A DNA stretch of 64,000 nt from the human T2T-CHM13v2.0 reference genome, Homo sapiens. Both the position numbers and the translations under genes were made by a program. The DNA lies in assembly GCF_009914755.1 (NCBI RefSeq), contig NC_060925.1; one strand, 5' to 3'. The notes beneath the pieces were generated by a model. The model worked only from the letters and a program-made list of their open reading frames with translations, ran no database searches and was not told the DNA's origin. Positions 1 through 16,036 of the stretch are shown here, in pieces. Every line of letters starts with the position of its first letter. Within the stretch, counting starts at the first letter, position 1.

Positions 1-142
1 ATCGAATAGAATTATGGAATGAAATCCAGTGTGATCATCATCGAATGGACCCGAATGGAATCATCATCCAACGGAAGCTAATGGAATCAACATCGAATGA
101 ATCGAATGGAAACACCATCGAATTGAAACGAATGGAATTATC

Positions 143-1450
143 ATGAAATTGAAATGGATGGACACATCATCGAATGGATTCGAATGGAATCATCGAATAA
201 AATTGATTGAAATCATCATCAAATGGAATCGAATGGTATCATTGAATGGAATCGAATGGAATCATCCTCAGATGGAAATGAATGGAATCGTCATAGAATG
301 GAATCGAATGGATTCATTGAATGGAATCAGATGGAATCATCGAATGGACTGGAATGGAATCATTGAATGGACTCGAAAGGGATCATTATTGAATGGAATT
401 GAATGGAATCATCGAATGGTCTCGATTGGAATCATTATCAAATGGAATCGAATGGAATCACCGAATAGAATCGAATGGAACAATCATCGAATGGACTCAA
501 ATGGAATTATCCTCAAATGGAATCGAATGGAATTATCGAATGCAATCGAATGGAATTATCGAATGCAATCGAATAGAATCATCGAATGGACTCGAATGGA
601 ATCATCGAATGGAATGGAATGGAACAGTCAATGAACTCGAATGGAATCATCATTGAATGGAATCGAATGGAATCATCGAGTGGAATCGAATGGAATTATG
701 ATCAAATGGAATCGAATGTAATCATCATCAAATGGAATCAAAAATAACCATCATCAATTGGTATTGAATGGAATTGTCATCAAATGGAATTCAAAGGAAT
801 CATCATCAAATGGAACCGAATGGAATCCTCATTGAATGGAAATGAAAGGGGTCATCATCTAATGGAATCGCATGGAATCATCATCAAATGGAATCGAATG
901 GAATCATCATCAAATGGAATCTAATGGAATCATTGAACAGAATTGAATGGAATCGTCATCGAATGAATTGAATGCAATCATCGAATGGTCTCGAATGGAA
1001 TCATCTTCTAATGGAAAGGAATGGAATCATCGCATAGAATCGAATGGAATTATCATCGAATGGAATCGAATGGAATCAACATCAAACGGAAAAAAACGGA
1101 ATTATCGAATGGAATCGAAGAGAATCATCGAATGGACCCGAATGGAATCATCTAATGGAATGGAATGGAATAATCCATGGACTCGAATGCAATCATCATC
1201 GAATGGAATCGAATGGAATCATCGAATGGACTCGAATGGAATAATCATTGAACGGAATCGAATGGAATCATCATCGGATGGAAATGAATGGAATCATCAT
1301 GGAATGGAATCGAATAGAATTATGGAATGAAATCCAGTGTGATCATCATCGAATGGACCCGAATGGAATCATCATCCAACGGAAGCTAATGGAATCAACA
1401 TCGAATGAATCGAATGGAAACACCATCGAATTGAAACGAATGGAATTATC
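143..1450 (+). repeat. Representative 1308 bp short unit (core + one chimeric 468 bp sub-module)
   Basis: Marker at 143 and 1451; EcoRI at 787 and 2095; spacing 1308 = 1776-468. Other 1308 bp units start at 3227, 6311, 7619, 12479, 19161, 35860, 38944, 58171 and 61688. Confidence 0.95.
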
Positions 1451-3226
1451 ATGAAATTGAAATGGATGGACTCATCATCGAATGGATTCGAATGGAATCA
1501 TCGAATAAAATTGATTGAAATCATCATCCAATGGAATCGAATGGTATCATTGAATGGAATCGAATGGAATCATCATCAGATGGAAATGAATGGAATCGTC
1601 ATAGAATGGAATCGAATGGATTCATTGAATGGAATCAGATGGAATCATCGAATGGACTGGAATGGAATCATTGAATGGACTCGAAAGGGATCATGATTGA
1701 ATGGAATTGAATGGAATCATCGAATGGTCTCGATTGGAATCATTATCAAATGGAATCGAATGGAATCACCGAATAGAATCGAATGGAACAATCATCGAAT
1801 GGACTCAAATGGAATTATCCTCAAATGGAATCGAATGGAATTATCGAATGCAATCGAATGGAATTATCGAATGCAATCGAATAGAATCATCGAAAGGACT
1901 CGAATGGAATCATCGAATGGAATGGAATGGAATAGTCAATGAACTCGAATGGAATCATCATTGAATGGAATCGAATGGAATCATCGAGTGGAATCGAATG
2001 GAATTATGATCAAATGGAATCGAATGTAATCATCATCAAATGGAATCAAAAATAACCATCATCAATTGGTATTGAATGGAATTGTCATCAAATGGAATTC
2101 AAAGGAATCATCATCAAATGGAACCGAATGGAATCCTCATTGAATGGAAATGAAAGGGGTCATCATCTAATGGAATCGCATGGAATCATCATCAAATGGA
2201 ATCGAATGGAATCATCATCAAATGGAATCTAATGGAATCATTGAACAGAATTGAATGGAATCGTCATCGAATGAATTGAATGCAATCATCGAATGGTCTC
2301 GAATGGAATCATCTTCTAATGGAAAGGAATGGAATCATCGCATAGAATCGAATGGAATTATCATCGAATGGAATCGAATGGTATCAACACCAAACGGAAA
2401 AAAACGGAATTATCGAATGGAATCGAAGAGAATCTTCGAACGGACCCGAATGGAATCATCTAATGGAATGGAATGGAATAATCCATGGACTCGAATGCAA
2501 TCATCATCGAATGGAATGGAATGGAATCATCGAATGGACTCGAATGGAATAATCATTGAACGGAATCGAATGGAATCATCATCGGATGGAAACGAATGGA
2601 ATCATCATCGAATGGAAATGAAAGGAGTCATCATCTAATGGAATTGCATGGAATCATCATAAAATGGAATCGAATGGAATCAACATCAAATGGAATCAAA
2701 TGGAATCATTGAACGGAATTGAATGGAATCGTCATCGAATGAATTGACTGCAATCATCGAATGTTCTCGAATGGAATCATCTTCAAATGGAATGGAATGG
2801 AATCATCGCATAGAATCGAATGGAATTATCATCGAATGGAATCGAATGGAATCAACATCAAACGGAAAAAAACGGAATTATCATATGGAATCGAAGAGAA
2901 TCATCGAATGGACCCGAATGGAATCATCTAATGGAATGGAATGGAATAATCCATGGACTCGAATGCAATCATCATCGAATGGAATCGAATGGAATCATCG
3001 AATGGACTCGAATGGAATAATCATTGAACGGAATCGAATGGAATCATCATCGGATGGAAATGAATGGAATCATCATCGAATGGAATCGAATATAATTATG
3101 GAATGAAATCCAGTGTGATCATCATCGAATGGACCCGAATGGAATCATCATCCAACGGAAGCTAATGGAATCAACATCGAATGAATCGAATGGAAACACC
3201 ATCGAATTGAAACGAATGGAATTATC
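1451..3226 (+). repeat. Representative canonical 1776 bp unit (840 bp core + sub-module A + sub-module B)
   Basis: The marker ATGAAATTGAAATGGATGG lies at 1451 and 3227, and EcoRI GAATTC at 2095 and 3871; both spacings are 1776. Other exact 1776 bp units start at 4535, 8927, 10703, 17385, 25379, 27155, 30386, 37168 and 56395. Confidence 0.95.
2145..3088 (+). repeat. Internal 468 bp direct duplication (sub-modules A and B) within the 1776 bp unit
   Basis: Paralogous ORF starts at 2255 and 2723 are 468 apart. Diagnostic A/B differences: GAACAG/GAACGG, TTCTAATGGAAAGG/TTCAAATGGAATGG, GGTATCAACACC/GGAATCAACATC, TCTTCGAACGG/TCATCGAATGG, GGAAACG/GGAAATG. Boundaries approximate. Confidence 0.92.
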
Positions 3227-6200
3227 ATGAAATTGAAATGGATGGACTCATCATCGAATGGATTCGAATGGAATCATCGAATAAAATTGATTGAAATCAT
3301 CATCGAATGGAATCGAATGGTATCATTGAATGGAATCGAATGGAATCATCATCAGATGGAAATGAATGGAATCGTCATAGAATGGAATCGAATGGATTCA
3401 TTGAATGGAATCAGATGGAATCATCGAATGGACTGGAATGGAATCATTGAATGGACTCGAAAGGGATCATGATTGAATGGAATTGAATGGAATCATCGAA
3501 TGGTCTCGATTGGAATCATTATCAAATGGAATCGAATGGAATCACCGAATAGAATCGAATGGAACAATCATCGAATGGACTCAAATGGAATTATCCTCAA
3601 ATGGAATCGAATGGAATTATCGAATGCAATCGAATGGAATTATCGAATGCAATCGAATAGAATCATCGAATGGACTCGAATGGAATCATCGAATGGAATG
3701 GAATGGAACAGTCAATGAACTCGAATGGAATCATCATTGAATGGAATCGAATGGAATCATCGAGTGGAATCGAATGGAATTATGATCAAATGGAATCGAA
3801 TGTAATCATCATCAAATGGAATGAAAAATAACCATCATCAATTGGTATTGAATGGAATTGTCATCAAATGGAATTCAAAGGAATCATCATCAAATGGAAC
3901 CGAATGGAATCCTCATTGAATGGAAATGAAAGGGGTCATCATCTAATGGAATCGCATGGAATCATCATCAAATGGAATCGAATGGAATCATCATCAAATG
4001 GAATCTAATGGAATCATTGAACAGAATTGAATGGAATCGTCATCGAATGAATTGAATGCAATCATCGAATGGTCTCGAATGGAATCATCTTCTAATGGAA
4101 AGGAATGGAATCATCGCATAGAATCGAATGGAATTATCATCGAATGGAATCGAATGGAATCAACATCAAACGGAAAAAAACGGAATTATCGAATGGAATC
4201 GAAGAGAATCATCGAATGGACCCGAATGGAATCATCTAATGGAATGGAATGGAATAATCCATGGACTCGAATGCAATCATCATCGAATGGAATCGAATGG
4301 AATCATCGAATGGACTCGAATGGAATAATCATTGAACGGAATCGAATGGAATCATCATCGGATGGAAATGAATGGAATCATCATGGAATGGAATCGAATA
4401 GAATTATGGAATGAAATCCAGTGTGATCATCATCGAATGGACCCGAATGGAATCATCATCCAACGGAAGCTAATGGAATCAACATCGAATGAATCGAATG
4501 GAAACACCATCGAATTGAAACGAATGGAATTATCATGAAATTGAAATGGATGGACTCATCATCGAATGGATTCGAATGGAATCATCGAATAAAATTGATT
4601 GAAATCATCATCCAATGGAATCGAATGGTATCATTGAATGGAATCGAATGGAATCATCATCAGATGGAAATGAATGGAATCGTCATAGAATGGAATCGAA
4701 TGGATTCATTGAATGGAATCAGATGGAATCATCGAATGGACTGGAATGGAATCATTGAATGGACTCGAAAGGGATCATGATTGAATGGAATTGAATGGAA
4801 TCATCGAATGGTCTCGATTGGAATCATTATCAAATGGAATCGAATGGAATCACCGAATAGAATCGAATGGAACAATCATCGAATGGACTCAAATGGAATT
4901 ATCCTCAAATGGAATCGAATGGAATTATCGAATGCAATCGAATGGAATTATCGAATGCAATCGAATAGAATCATCGAAAGGACTCGAATGGAATCATCGA
5001 ATGGAATGGAATGGAATAGTCAATGAACTCGAATGGAATCATCATTGAATGGAATCGAATGGAATCATCGAGTGGAATCGAATGGAATTATGATCAAATG
5101 GAATCGAATGTAATCATCATCAAATGGAATCAAAAATAACCATCATCAATTGGTATTGAATGGAATTGTCATCAAATGGAATTCAAAGGAATCATCATCA
5201 AATGGAACCGAATGGAATCCTCATTGAATGGAAATGAAAGGGGTCATCATCTAATGGAATCGCATGGAATCATCATCAAATGGAATCGAATGGAATCATC
5301 ATCAAATGGAATCTAATGGAATCATTGAACAGAATTGAATGGAATCGTCATCGAATGAATTGAATGCAATCATCGAATGGTCTCGAATGGAATCATCTTC
5401 TAATGGAAAGGAATGGAATCATCGCATAGAATCGAATGGAATTATCATCGAATGGAATCGAATGGTATCAACACCAAACGGAAAAAAACGGAATTATCGA
5501 ATGGAATCGAAGAGAATCTTCGAACGGACCCGAATGGAATCATCTAATGGAATGGAATGGAATAATCCATGGACTCGAATGCAATCATCATCGAATGGAA
5601 TGGAATGGAATCATCGAATGGACTCGAATGGAATAATCATTGAACGGAATCGAATGGAATCATCATCGGATGGAAACGAATGGAATCATCATCGAATGGA
5701 AATGAAAGGAGTCATCATCTAATGGAATTGCATGGAATCATCATAAAATGGAATCGAATGGAATCAACATCAAATGGAATCAAATGGAATCATTGAACGG
5801 AATTGAATGGAATCGTCATCGAATGAATTGACTGCAATCATCGAATGTTCTCGAATGGAATCATCTTCAAATGGAATGGAATGGAATCATCGCATAGAAT
5901 CGAATGGAATTATCATCGAATGGAATCGAATGGAATCAACATCAAACGGAAAAAAACGGAATTATCATATGGAATCGAAGAGAATCATCGAATGGACCCG
6001 AATGGAATCATCTAATGGAATGGAATGGAATAATCCATGGACTCGAATGCAATCATCATCGAATGGAATCGAATGGAATCATCGAATGGACTCGAATGGA
6101 ATAATCATTGAACGGAATCGAATGGAATCATCATCGGATGGAAATGAATGGAATCATCATCGAATGGAATCGAATATAATTATGGAATGAAATCCAGTGT

Positions 6201-9200
6201 GATCATCATCGAATGGACCCGAATGGAATCATCATCCAACGGAAGCTAATGGAATCAACATCGAATGAATCGAATGGAAACACCATCGAATTGAAACGAA
6301 TGGAATTATCATGAAATTGAAATGGATGGACTCATCATCGAATGGATTCGAATGGAATCATCGAATAAAATTGATTGAAATCATCATCGAATGGAATCGA
6401 ATGGTATCATTGAATGGAATCGAATGGAATCATCATCAGATGGAAATGAATGGAATCGTCATAGAATGGAATCGAATGGATTCATTGAATGGAATCAGAT
6501 GGAATCATCGAATGGACTGGAATGGAATCATTGAATGGACTCGAAAGGGATCATGATTGAATGGAATTGAATGGAATCATCGAATGGTCTCGATTGGAAT
6601 CATTATCAAATGGAATCGAATGGAATCACCGAATAGAATCGAATGGAACAATCATCGAATGGACTCAAATGGAATTATCCTCAAATGGAATCGAATGGAA
6701 TTATCGAATGCAATCGAATGGAATTATCGAATGCAATCGAATAGAATCATCGAAAGGACTCGAATGGAATCATCGAATGGAATGGAATGGAACAGTCAAT
6801 GAACTCGAATGGAATCATCATTGAATGGAATCGAATGGAATCATCGAGTGGAATCGAATGGAATTATGATCAAATGGAATCGAATGTAATCATCATCAAA
6901 TGGAATCAAAAATAACCATCATCAATTGGTATTGAATGGAATTGTCATCAAATGGAATTCAAAGGAATCATCATCAAATGGAACCGAATGGAATCCTCAT
7001 TGAATGGAAATGAAAGGGGTCATCATCTAATGGAATCGCATGGAATCATCATCAAATGGAATCGAATGGAATCATCATCAAATGGAATCTAATGGAATCA
7101 TTGAAAAGAATTGAATGGAATCGTCATCGAATGAATTGAATGCAATCATCGAATGGTCTCGAATGGAATCATCTTCTAATGGAAAGGAATGGAATCATCG
7201 CATAGAATCGAATGGAATTATCATCGAATGGAATCGAATGGTATCAACACCAAACGGAAAAAAACGGAATTATCGAATGGAATCGAAGAGAATCTTCGAA
7301 CGGACCCGAATGGAATCATCTAATGGAATGGAATGGAATAATCCATGGACTCGAATGCAATCATCATCGAATGGAATCGAATGGAATCATCGAATGGACT
7401 CGAATGGAATAATCATTGAACGGAATCGAATGGAATCATCATCGGATGGAAATGAATGGAATCATCATCGAATGGAATCGAATAGAATTATGGAATGAAA
7501 TCCAGTGTGATCATCATCGAATGGACCCGAATGGAATCATCATCCAACGGAAGCTAATGGAATCAACATCGAATGAATCGAATGGAAACACCATCGAATT
7601 GAAACGAATGGAATTATCATGAAATTGAAATGGATGGACTCATCATCGAATGGATTCGAATGGAATCATCGAATAAAATTGATTGAAATCATCATCCAAT
7701 GGAATCGAATGGTATCATTGAATGGAATCGAATGGAATCATAATCAGATGGAAATGAATGGAATCGTCATAGAATGGAATCGAATGGATTCATTGAATGG
7801 AATCAGATGGAATCATCGAATGGACTGGAATGGAATCATTGAATGGACTCGAAAGGGATCATTATTGAATGGAATTGAATGGAATCATCGAATGGTCTCG
7901 ATTGGAATCATTATCAAATGGAATCGAATGGAATCACCGAATAGAATCGAATGGAACAATCATCGAATGGACTCAAATGGAATTATCCTCAAATGGAATC
8001 GAATGGAATTATCGAATGCAATCGAATGGAATTATCGAATGCAATCGAATAGAATCATCGAAAGGACTCGAATGGAATCATCGAATGCAATGGAATGGAA
8101 CAGTCAATGAACTCGAATGGAATCATCATTGAATGGAATCGAATGGAATCATCGAGTGGAATCGAATGGAATTATGATCAAATGGAATCGAATGTAATCA
8201 TCATCAAATGGAATCAAAAATAACCATCATCAATTGGTATTGAATGGAATTGTCATCAAATGGAATTCAAAGGAATCATCATCAAATGGAACCGAATGGA
8301 ATCCTCATTGAATGGAAATGAAAGGGGTCATCATCTAATGGAATCGCATGGAATCATCATCAAATGGAATCGAATGGAATCATCATCAAATGGAATCTAA
8401 TGGAATCATTGAACAGAATTGAATGGAATCGTCATCGAATGAATTGAATGCAATCATCGAATGGTCTCGAATGGAATCATCTTCTAATGGAATGGAATGG
8501 AATCATCGCATAGAATCGAATGGAATTATCATCGAATGGAATCGAATGGTATCAACACCAAACGGAAAAAAACGGAATTATCGAATGGAATCGAAGAGAA
8601 TCTTCGAACGGACCCGAATGGAATCATCTAATGGAATGGAATGGAATAATCCATGGACTCGAATGCAATCATCATCGAATGGAATCGAATGGAATCATCG
8701 AATGGACTCGAATGGAATAATCATTGAACGGAATCGAATGGAATCATCATCGGATGGAAATGAATGGAATCATCATCGAATGGAATCGAATAGAATTATG
8801 GAATGAAATCCAGTGTGATCATCATCGAATGGACCCGAATGGAATCATCATCCAACGGAAGCTAATGGAATCAACATCGAATGAATCGAATGGAAACACC
8901 ATCGAATTGAAACGAATGGAATTATCATGAAATTGAAATGGATGGACTCATAATCGAATGGATTCGAATGGAATCATCGAATAAAATTGATTGAAATCAT
9001 CATCCAATGGAATCGAATGGTATCATTGAATGGAATCGAATGGAATCATCATCAGATGGAAATGAATGGAATCGTCATAGAATGGAATCGAATGGATTCA
9101 TTGAATGGAATCAGATGGAATCATCGAATGGACTGGAATGGAATCATTGAATGGACTCGAAAGGGATCATTATTGAATGGAATTGAATGGAATCATCGAA

Positions 9201-12200
9201 TGGTCTCGATTGGAATCATTACCAAATGGAATCGAATGGAATCACCGAATAGAATCGAATGGAACAATCATCGAATGGACTCAAATGGAATTATCCTCAA
9301 ATGGAATGGAATGGAATTATCGAATGCAATCGAATGGAATTATCGAATGCAATCGAATAGAATCATCGAATGGACTCGAATGGAATCATCGAATGGAATG
9401 GAATGGAACAGTCAATGAACTCGAATGGAATCATCATTGAATGGAATCGAATGGAATCATCGAGTGGAATCGAATGGAATTATGATCAAATGGAATCGAA
9501 TGTAATCATCATCAAATGGAATCAAAAATAACCATCATCAATTGGTATTGAATGGAATTGTCATCAAATGGAATTCAAAGGAATCATCATCAAATGGAAC
9601 CGAATGGAATCCTCATTGAATGGAAATGAAAGGGGTCATCATCTAATGGAATCGCATGGAATCATCATCCAATGGAATCGAATGGAATCATCATCAAATG
9701 GAATCTAATGGAATCATTGAACAGAATTGAATGGAATCGTCATCGAATGAATTGAATGCAATCATCGAATGATCTCGAATGGAATCATCTTCTAATGGAA
9801 AGGAATGGAATCATCGCATAGAATCGAATGGAATTATCATCGAATGGAATCGAATGGTATCAACACCAAACGGAAAAAAACGGAATTATCGAATGGAATC
9901 GAAGAGAATCTTCGAACGGACCCGAATGGAATCATCTAATGGAATGGAATGGAATAATCCATGGACTCGAATGCAATCATCATCGAATGGAATCGAATGG
10001 AGTCATCGAATGGACTCGAATGGAATAATCATTGAACGGAATCGAATGGAATCATCATCGGATGGAAACGAATGGAATCATCATCGAATGGAAATGAAAG
10101 GAGTCATCATCTAATGGAATTGCATGGAATCATCATAAAATGGAATCGAATGGAATCAACATCAAATGGAATCAAATGGAATCATTGAACGGAATTGAAT
10201 GGAATCGTCATCGAATGAATTGACTGCAATCATCGAATGGTCTCGAATGGAATCATCTTCAAATGGAATGGAATGGAATCATCGCATAGAATCGAATGGA
10301 ATTATCATTGAATGGAATCGAATGGAATCAACATCAAACGGAAAAAAACAGAATTATCGTATGGAATCTAAGAGAATCATCGAATGGACCCGAATGGAAT
10401 CATCTAATGGAATGGAATGGAATAATCCATGGACTCGAATGCAATCATCATCGAATGGAATCGAATGGAATCATCGAATGGACTCGAATGGAATAATCAT
10501 TGAACGGAATCGAATGGAATCATCATCGGATGGAAATGAATGGAATCATCATCGAATGGAATCGAATAGAATTATGGAATGAAATCCAGTGTGATCATCA
10601 TCGAATGGACCCGAATGGAATCATCATCCAACGGAAGCTAATGGAATCAACATCGAATGAATCGAATGGAATCACCATCGAATTGAAACGAATGGAATTA
10701 TCATGAAATTGAAATGGATGGACACATCATCGAATGGATTCGAATGGAATCATCGAATAAAATTGATTGAAATCATCATCAAATGGAATCGAATGGTATC
10801 ATTGAATGGAATCGAATGGAATCATCATCAGATGGAAATGAATGGAATCGTCATAGAATGGCATCGAATGGATTCATTGAATGGAATCAGATGGAATCAT
10901 CGAATGGACTGGAATGGAATCATTGAATGGACTCGAAAGGGATCATTTTTGAATGGAATTGAATGGAATCATCGAATGGTCTCGATTGGAATCATTATCA
11001 AATGGAATCGAATGGAATCACCGAATAGAATCGAATGGAACAATCATCGAATGGACTCAAATGGAATTATCCTCAAATGGAATCGAATGGAATTATCGAA
11101 TGCAATCGAATGGAATTATCGAATGCAATCGAATAGAATCATCGAAAGGACTCGAATGGAATCATCGAATGGAATGGAATGGAACAGTCAATGAACTCGA
11201 ATGGAATCATCATTGAATGGAATCGAATGGAATCATCGAGTGGAATCGAATGGAATTATGATCAAATGGAATCGAATGTAATCATCATCAAATGGAATCA
11301 AAAATAACCATCATCAATTGGTATTGAATGGAATTGTCATCAAATGGAATTCAAAGGAATCATCATCAAATGGAACCGAATGGAATCCTCATTGAATGGA
11401 AATGAAAGGGGTCATCATCTAATGGAATCGCATGGAATCATCATCAAATGGAATCGAATGGAATCATCATCAAATGGAATCTAATGGAATCATTGAACAG
11501 AATTGAATGGAATCGTCATCGAATGAATTGAATGCAATCATCGAATGGTCTCGAATGGAATCATCTTCTAATGGAAAGGAATGGAATCATCGCATAGAAT
11601 CGAATGGAATTATCATCGAATGGAATCGAATGGTATCAACACCAAACGGAAAAAAACGGACTTATCGAATGGAATCGAAGAGAATCTTCGAACGGACCCG
11701 AATGGAATCATCTAATGGAATGGAATGGAATAATCCATGGACTCGAATGCAATCATCATCGAATGGAATGGAATGGAATCATCGAATGGACCCGAATGGA
11801 ATAATCATTGAACGGAATCGAATGGAATCATCATCGGATGGAAACGAATGGAATCATCATCGAATGGAAATGAAAGGAGTCATCATCTAATGGAATTGCA
11901 TGGAATCATCATAAAATGGAATCGAATGGAATCAACATCAAATGGAATCAAATGGAATCATTGAACGGAATTGAATGGAATCGTCATCGAATGAATTGAC
12001 TGCAATCATCGAATGTTCTCGAATGGAATCATCTTCAAATGGAATGGAATGGAATCATAGCATAGAATCGAATGGAATTATCATCGAATGGAATCGAATG
12101 GAATCAACATCAAACGGAAAAAAACGGAATTATCGTATGGAATCGAAGAGAATCATCGAATGGACCCGAATGGAATCATCTAATGGAATGGAATGGAATA

Positions 12201-14168
12201 ATCCATGGACTCGAATGCAATCATCATCGAATGAAATCGAATGGAATCATCGAATGGACTCGAATGGAATAATCATTGAACGGAATCGAATGGAATCATC
12301 ATCGGATGGAAATGAATGGAATCATCATCGAATGGAATCGAATAGAATTATGGAATGAAATCCAGTGTGATCATCATCGAATGGACCCGAATGGAATCAT
12401 CATCCAACGGAAGCTAATGGAATCAACATCGAATGAATCAAATGGAAACACCATCGAATTGAAACGAATGGAATTATCATGAAATTGAAATGGATGGACT
12501 CATCATCGAATGGATTCGAATGGAATCATCGAATAAAATTGATTGAAATCATCATCGAATGGAATCGAATGGTATCATTGAATGGAATCGAATGGAATCA
12601 TCATCAGATGGAAATGAATGGAACCGTCATAGAATGGAATCGAATGGATTCATTGAATGGAATCAGATGGAATCATCGAATGGACTGGAATGGAATCATT
12701 GAATGGACTCGAAAGGGATCATGATTGAATGGAATTGAATGGAATCATCGAATGGTCTCGATTGGAATAATTATCAAATGGAATCGAATGGAAACACCGA
12801 ATAGAATCGAATGGAACAATCATCGAATGGACTCAAATGGAATTATCTTCAAATGGAATCGAATGGAATTATCGAATGCAATCGAATGGAATTATCGAAT
12901 GCAATCGAATAGAATCATCGAAAGGACTCGAATGGAATCATCGAATGGAATGGAATGGAACAGTCAATGAACTCGAATGGAATCATCATTGAATGGAATC
13001 GAATGGAATCATCGAGTGGAATCGAATGGAATTATGATCAAATGGAATCGAATGTAATCATCATCAAATGGAATCAAAAATAATCATCATCAATTGGTAT
13101 TGAATGGAATTGTCATCAAATGGAATTCAAAGGAATCATCATCAAATGGAACCGAATGGAATCCTCATTGAATGGAAATGAAAGGGGTCATCATCTAATG
13201 GAATCGCATGGAATCATCATCAAATGGAATCGAATGGAATCATCATCAAATGGAATCTAATGGAATCATTGAACAGAATTGAATGGAATCGTCATCGAAT
13301 GAATTGAATGCAATCATCGAATGGTCTCGAATGTAATCAACTTCTAATGGAAAGGAATGGAATCATCGCATAGAATCGAATGGAATTATCATCGAATGGA
13401 ATCGAATGGTATCAACACCAAACGGAAAAAAACGGAATTATCGAATGGAATCGAAGAGAATCTTCGAACGGACCCGAATGGAATCATCTAATGGAATGGA
13501 ATGGAATAATCCATGGACTCGAATGCAATCATCATCGAATGGAATCGAATGGAATCATCGAATGGACTCGAATGGAATAATCATTGAACGGAATTGAATG
13601 GAATCATCATCGGATGGAAATGAATGGAATCATCATCGAATGGAATCGAATAGAATTATGGAATGAAATCCAGTGTGATCATCATCGAATGGACCCGAAT
13701 GGAATCATCATCCAACGGAAGCTAATGGAATCAACATCGAATGAATCGAATGGAAACACCATCGAATTGAAACGAATGGAATTATCATGAAATTGAAATG
13801 GATGGACTCATCATCGAATGGATTCGAATGGAATCATCGAATAAAATTGATTGAAATCATCATCCAATGGAATCGAATGGTATCATTGAATGGAATCGAA
13901 TGGAATCATCATCAGATGGAAATGAATGGAATCGTCATAGAATGGAATCGAATGGATTCATTGAATGGAATCAGATGGAATCATCGAATGGACTGGAATG
14001 GAATCATTGAATGGACTCGAAAGGGATCATTATTGAATGGAATTGAATGGAATCATCGAATGGTCTCGATTGGAATCATTACCAAATGGAATCGAATGGA
14101 ATCACCGAATAGAATCGAATGGAACAATCATCGAATGGACTCAAATGGAATTATCCTCCAATGGAATC

Positions 14169-14237
14169 GAATGGAATTATCGAATGCAATCGAATGGAAT
14201 TATCGAATGCAATCGAATGGAATTATCGAATGCAATC
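14169..14237 (+). repeat. 23 bp monomer GAATGGAATTATCGAATGCAATC x3 (normally x2)
   Basis: Read directly; the unit is 1799 = 1776+23 bp. Confidence 0.9.
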
Positions 14238-15967
14238 GAATAGAATCATCGAATGGACTCGAATGGAATCATCGAATGGAATGGAATGGAACAGTCAATG
14301 AACTCGAATGGAATCATCATTGAATGGAATCGAATGGAATCATCGAGTGGAATCGAATGGAATTATGATCAAATGGAATCGAATGTAATCATCATCAAAT
14401 GGAATCAAAAATAACCATCATCAATTGGTATTGAATGGAATTGTCATCAAATGGAATTCAAAGGAATCATCATCAAATGGAACCGAATGGAATCCTCATT
14501 GAATGGAAATGAAAGGGTTCATCATCTAATGGAATCGCATGGAATCATCATCAAATGGAATCCAATGGAATCATCATCAAATGGAATCTAATGGAATCAT
14601 TGAACAGAATTGAATGGAATCGTCATCGAATGAATTGAATGCAATCATCGAATGGTCTCGAATGGAATCATCTTCTAATGGAAAGGAATGGAATCATCGC
14701 ATAGAATCGAATGGAATTATCATCGAATGGAATCGAATGGTATCAACACCAAACGGAAAAAAACGGAATTATCGAATGGAATCGAAGAGAATCTTCGAAC
14801 GGACCCGAATGGAATCATCTAATGGAATGGAATGGAATAATCCATGGACTCGAATGCAATCATCATCGAATGGAATCGAATGGAGTCATCGAATGGACTC
14901 GAATGGAATAATCATTGAACGGAATCGAATGGAATCATCATCGGATGGAAACGAATGGAATCATCATCGAATGGAAATGAAAGGAGTCATCATCTAATGG
15001 AATTGCATGGAATCATCATAAAATGGAATCGAATGGAATCAACATCAAATGGAATCAAATGGAATCATTGAGCGGAATTGAATGGAATCGTCATCGAATG
15101 AATTGACTGCAATCATCGAATGGTCTCGAATGGAATCATCTTCAAATGGAATGGAATGGAATCATCGCATAGAATCGAATGGAATTATCATCGAATGGAA
15201 TCGAATGGAATCAACACCAAACGGAAAAAAACGGAATTATCGAATGGAATCGAAGAGAATCTTCGAACGGACCCGAATGGAATCATCTAATGGAATGGAA
15301 TGGAATAATCCATGGACTCGAATGCAATCATCATCGAATGGAATCGAATGGAATCATCGAATGGACTCGAATGGAATAATCATTGAACGGAATCGAATGG
15401 AATCATCATCGGATGGAAATGAATGGAATCATCATCGAATGGAATCGAATAGAATTATGGAATGAAATCCAGTGTGATCATCATCGAATGGACCCGAATG
15501 GAATCATCATCCAACGGAAGCTAATGGAATCAACATCGAATGAATCGAATGGAAACACCATCGAATTGAAACGAATGGAATTATCATGAAATTGAAATGG
15601 ATGGACTCATCATCGAATGGATTCGAATGGAATCATCGAATAAAATTGATTGAAATCATCATCAAATGGAATCGAATGGTATCATTGAATGGAATCGAAT
15701 GGAATCATCATCAGATGGAAATGAATGGAATCGTCATAGAATGGAATCGAATGGATTCATTGAATGGAATCAGATGGAATCATCGAATGGACTGGAATGG
15801 AATCATTGAATGGACTCGAAAGGGATCATTATTGAATGGAATTGAATGGAATCATCGAATGGTCTCGATTGGAATCATTACCAAATGGAATCGAATGGAA
15901 TCACCGAATAGAATCGAATGGAACAAACATCGAATGGACTCAAATGGAATTATCCTCCAATGGAATC

Positions 15968-16036
15968 GAATGGAATTATCGAATGCAATCGAATGGAATT
16001 ATCGAATGCAATCGAATGGAATTATCGAATGCAATC
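15968..16036 (+). repeat. Second copy of the 23 bp x3 expansion
   Basis: Same triplication 1799 bp downstream; shares linked TTACCAAA and CCTCCAATGG variants. Confidence 0.9.

Larger units (their letters stand above)
390..6750 (+). repeat. Recent tandem duplication, period 3084 bp (1308+1776 dimer), 2 copies
   Basis: Rare variants recur 3084 apart: CATGGAATGG (~1300/4384), ATGTTCTC (~2764/5848), TCATATGG (~2883/5967), GAATATAATT (~3092/6176). Confidence 0.9.

Noticed and set aside
196-201. AATAAA poly(A)-like signal once per unit
   Set aside because: Expected by chance in A-rich sequence; no clear GU/U-rich downstream element and no transcript evidence.
1085-1102. AAACGGAAAAAAACGGAA A-tract as a retroposon tail or target-site duplication
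   Set aside because: It is only 7 A's, present in most modules, and replaced by GGAATCAAGCGG in A', so it is a substitution variant.
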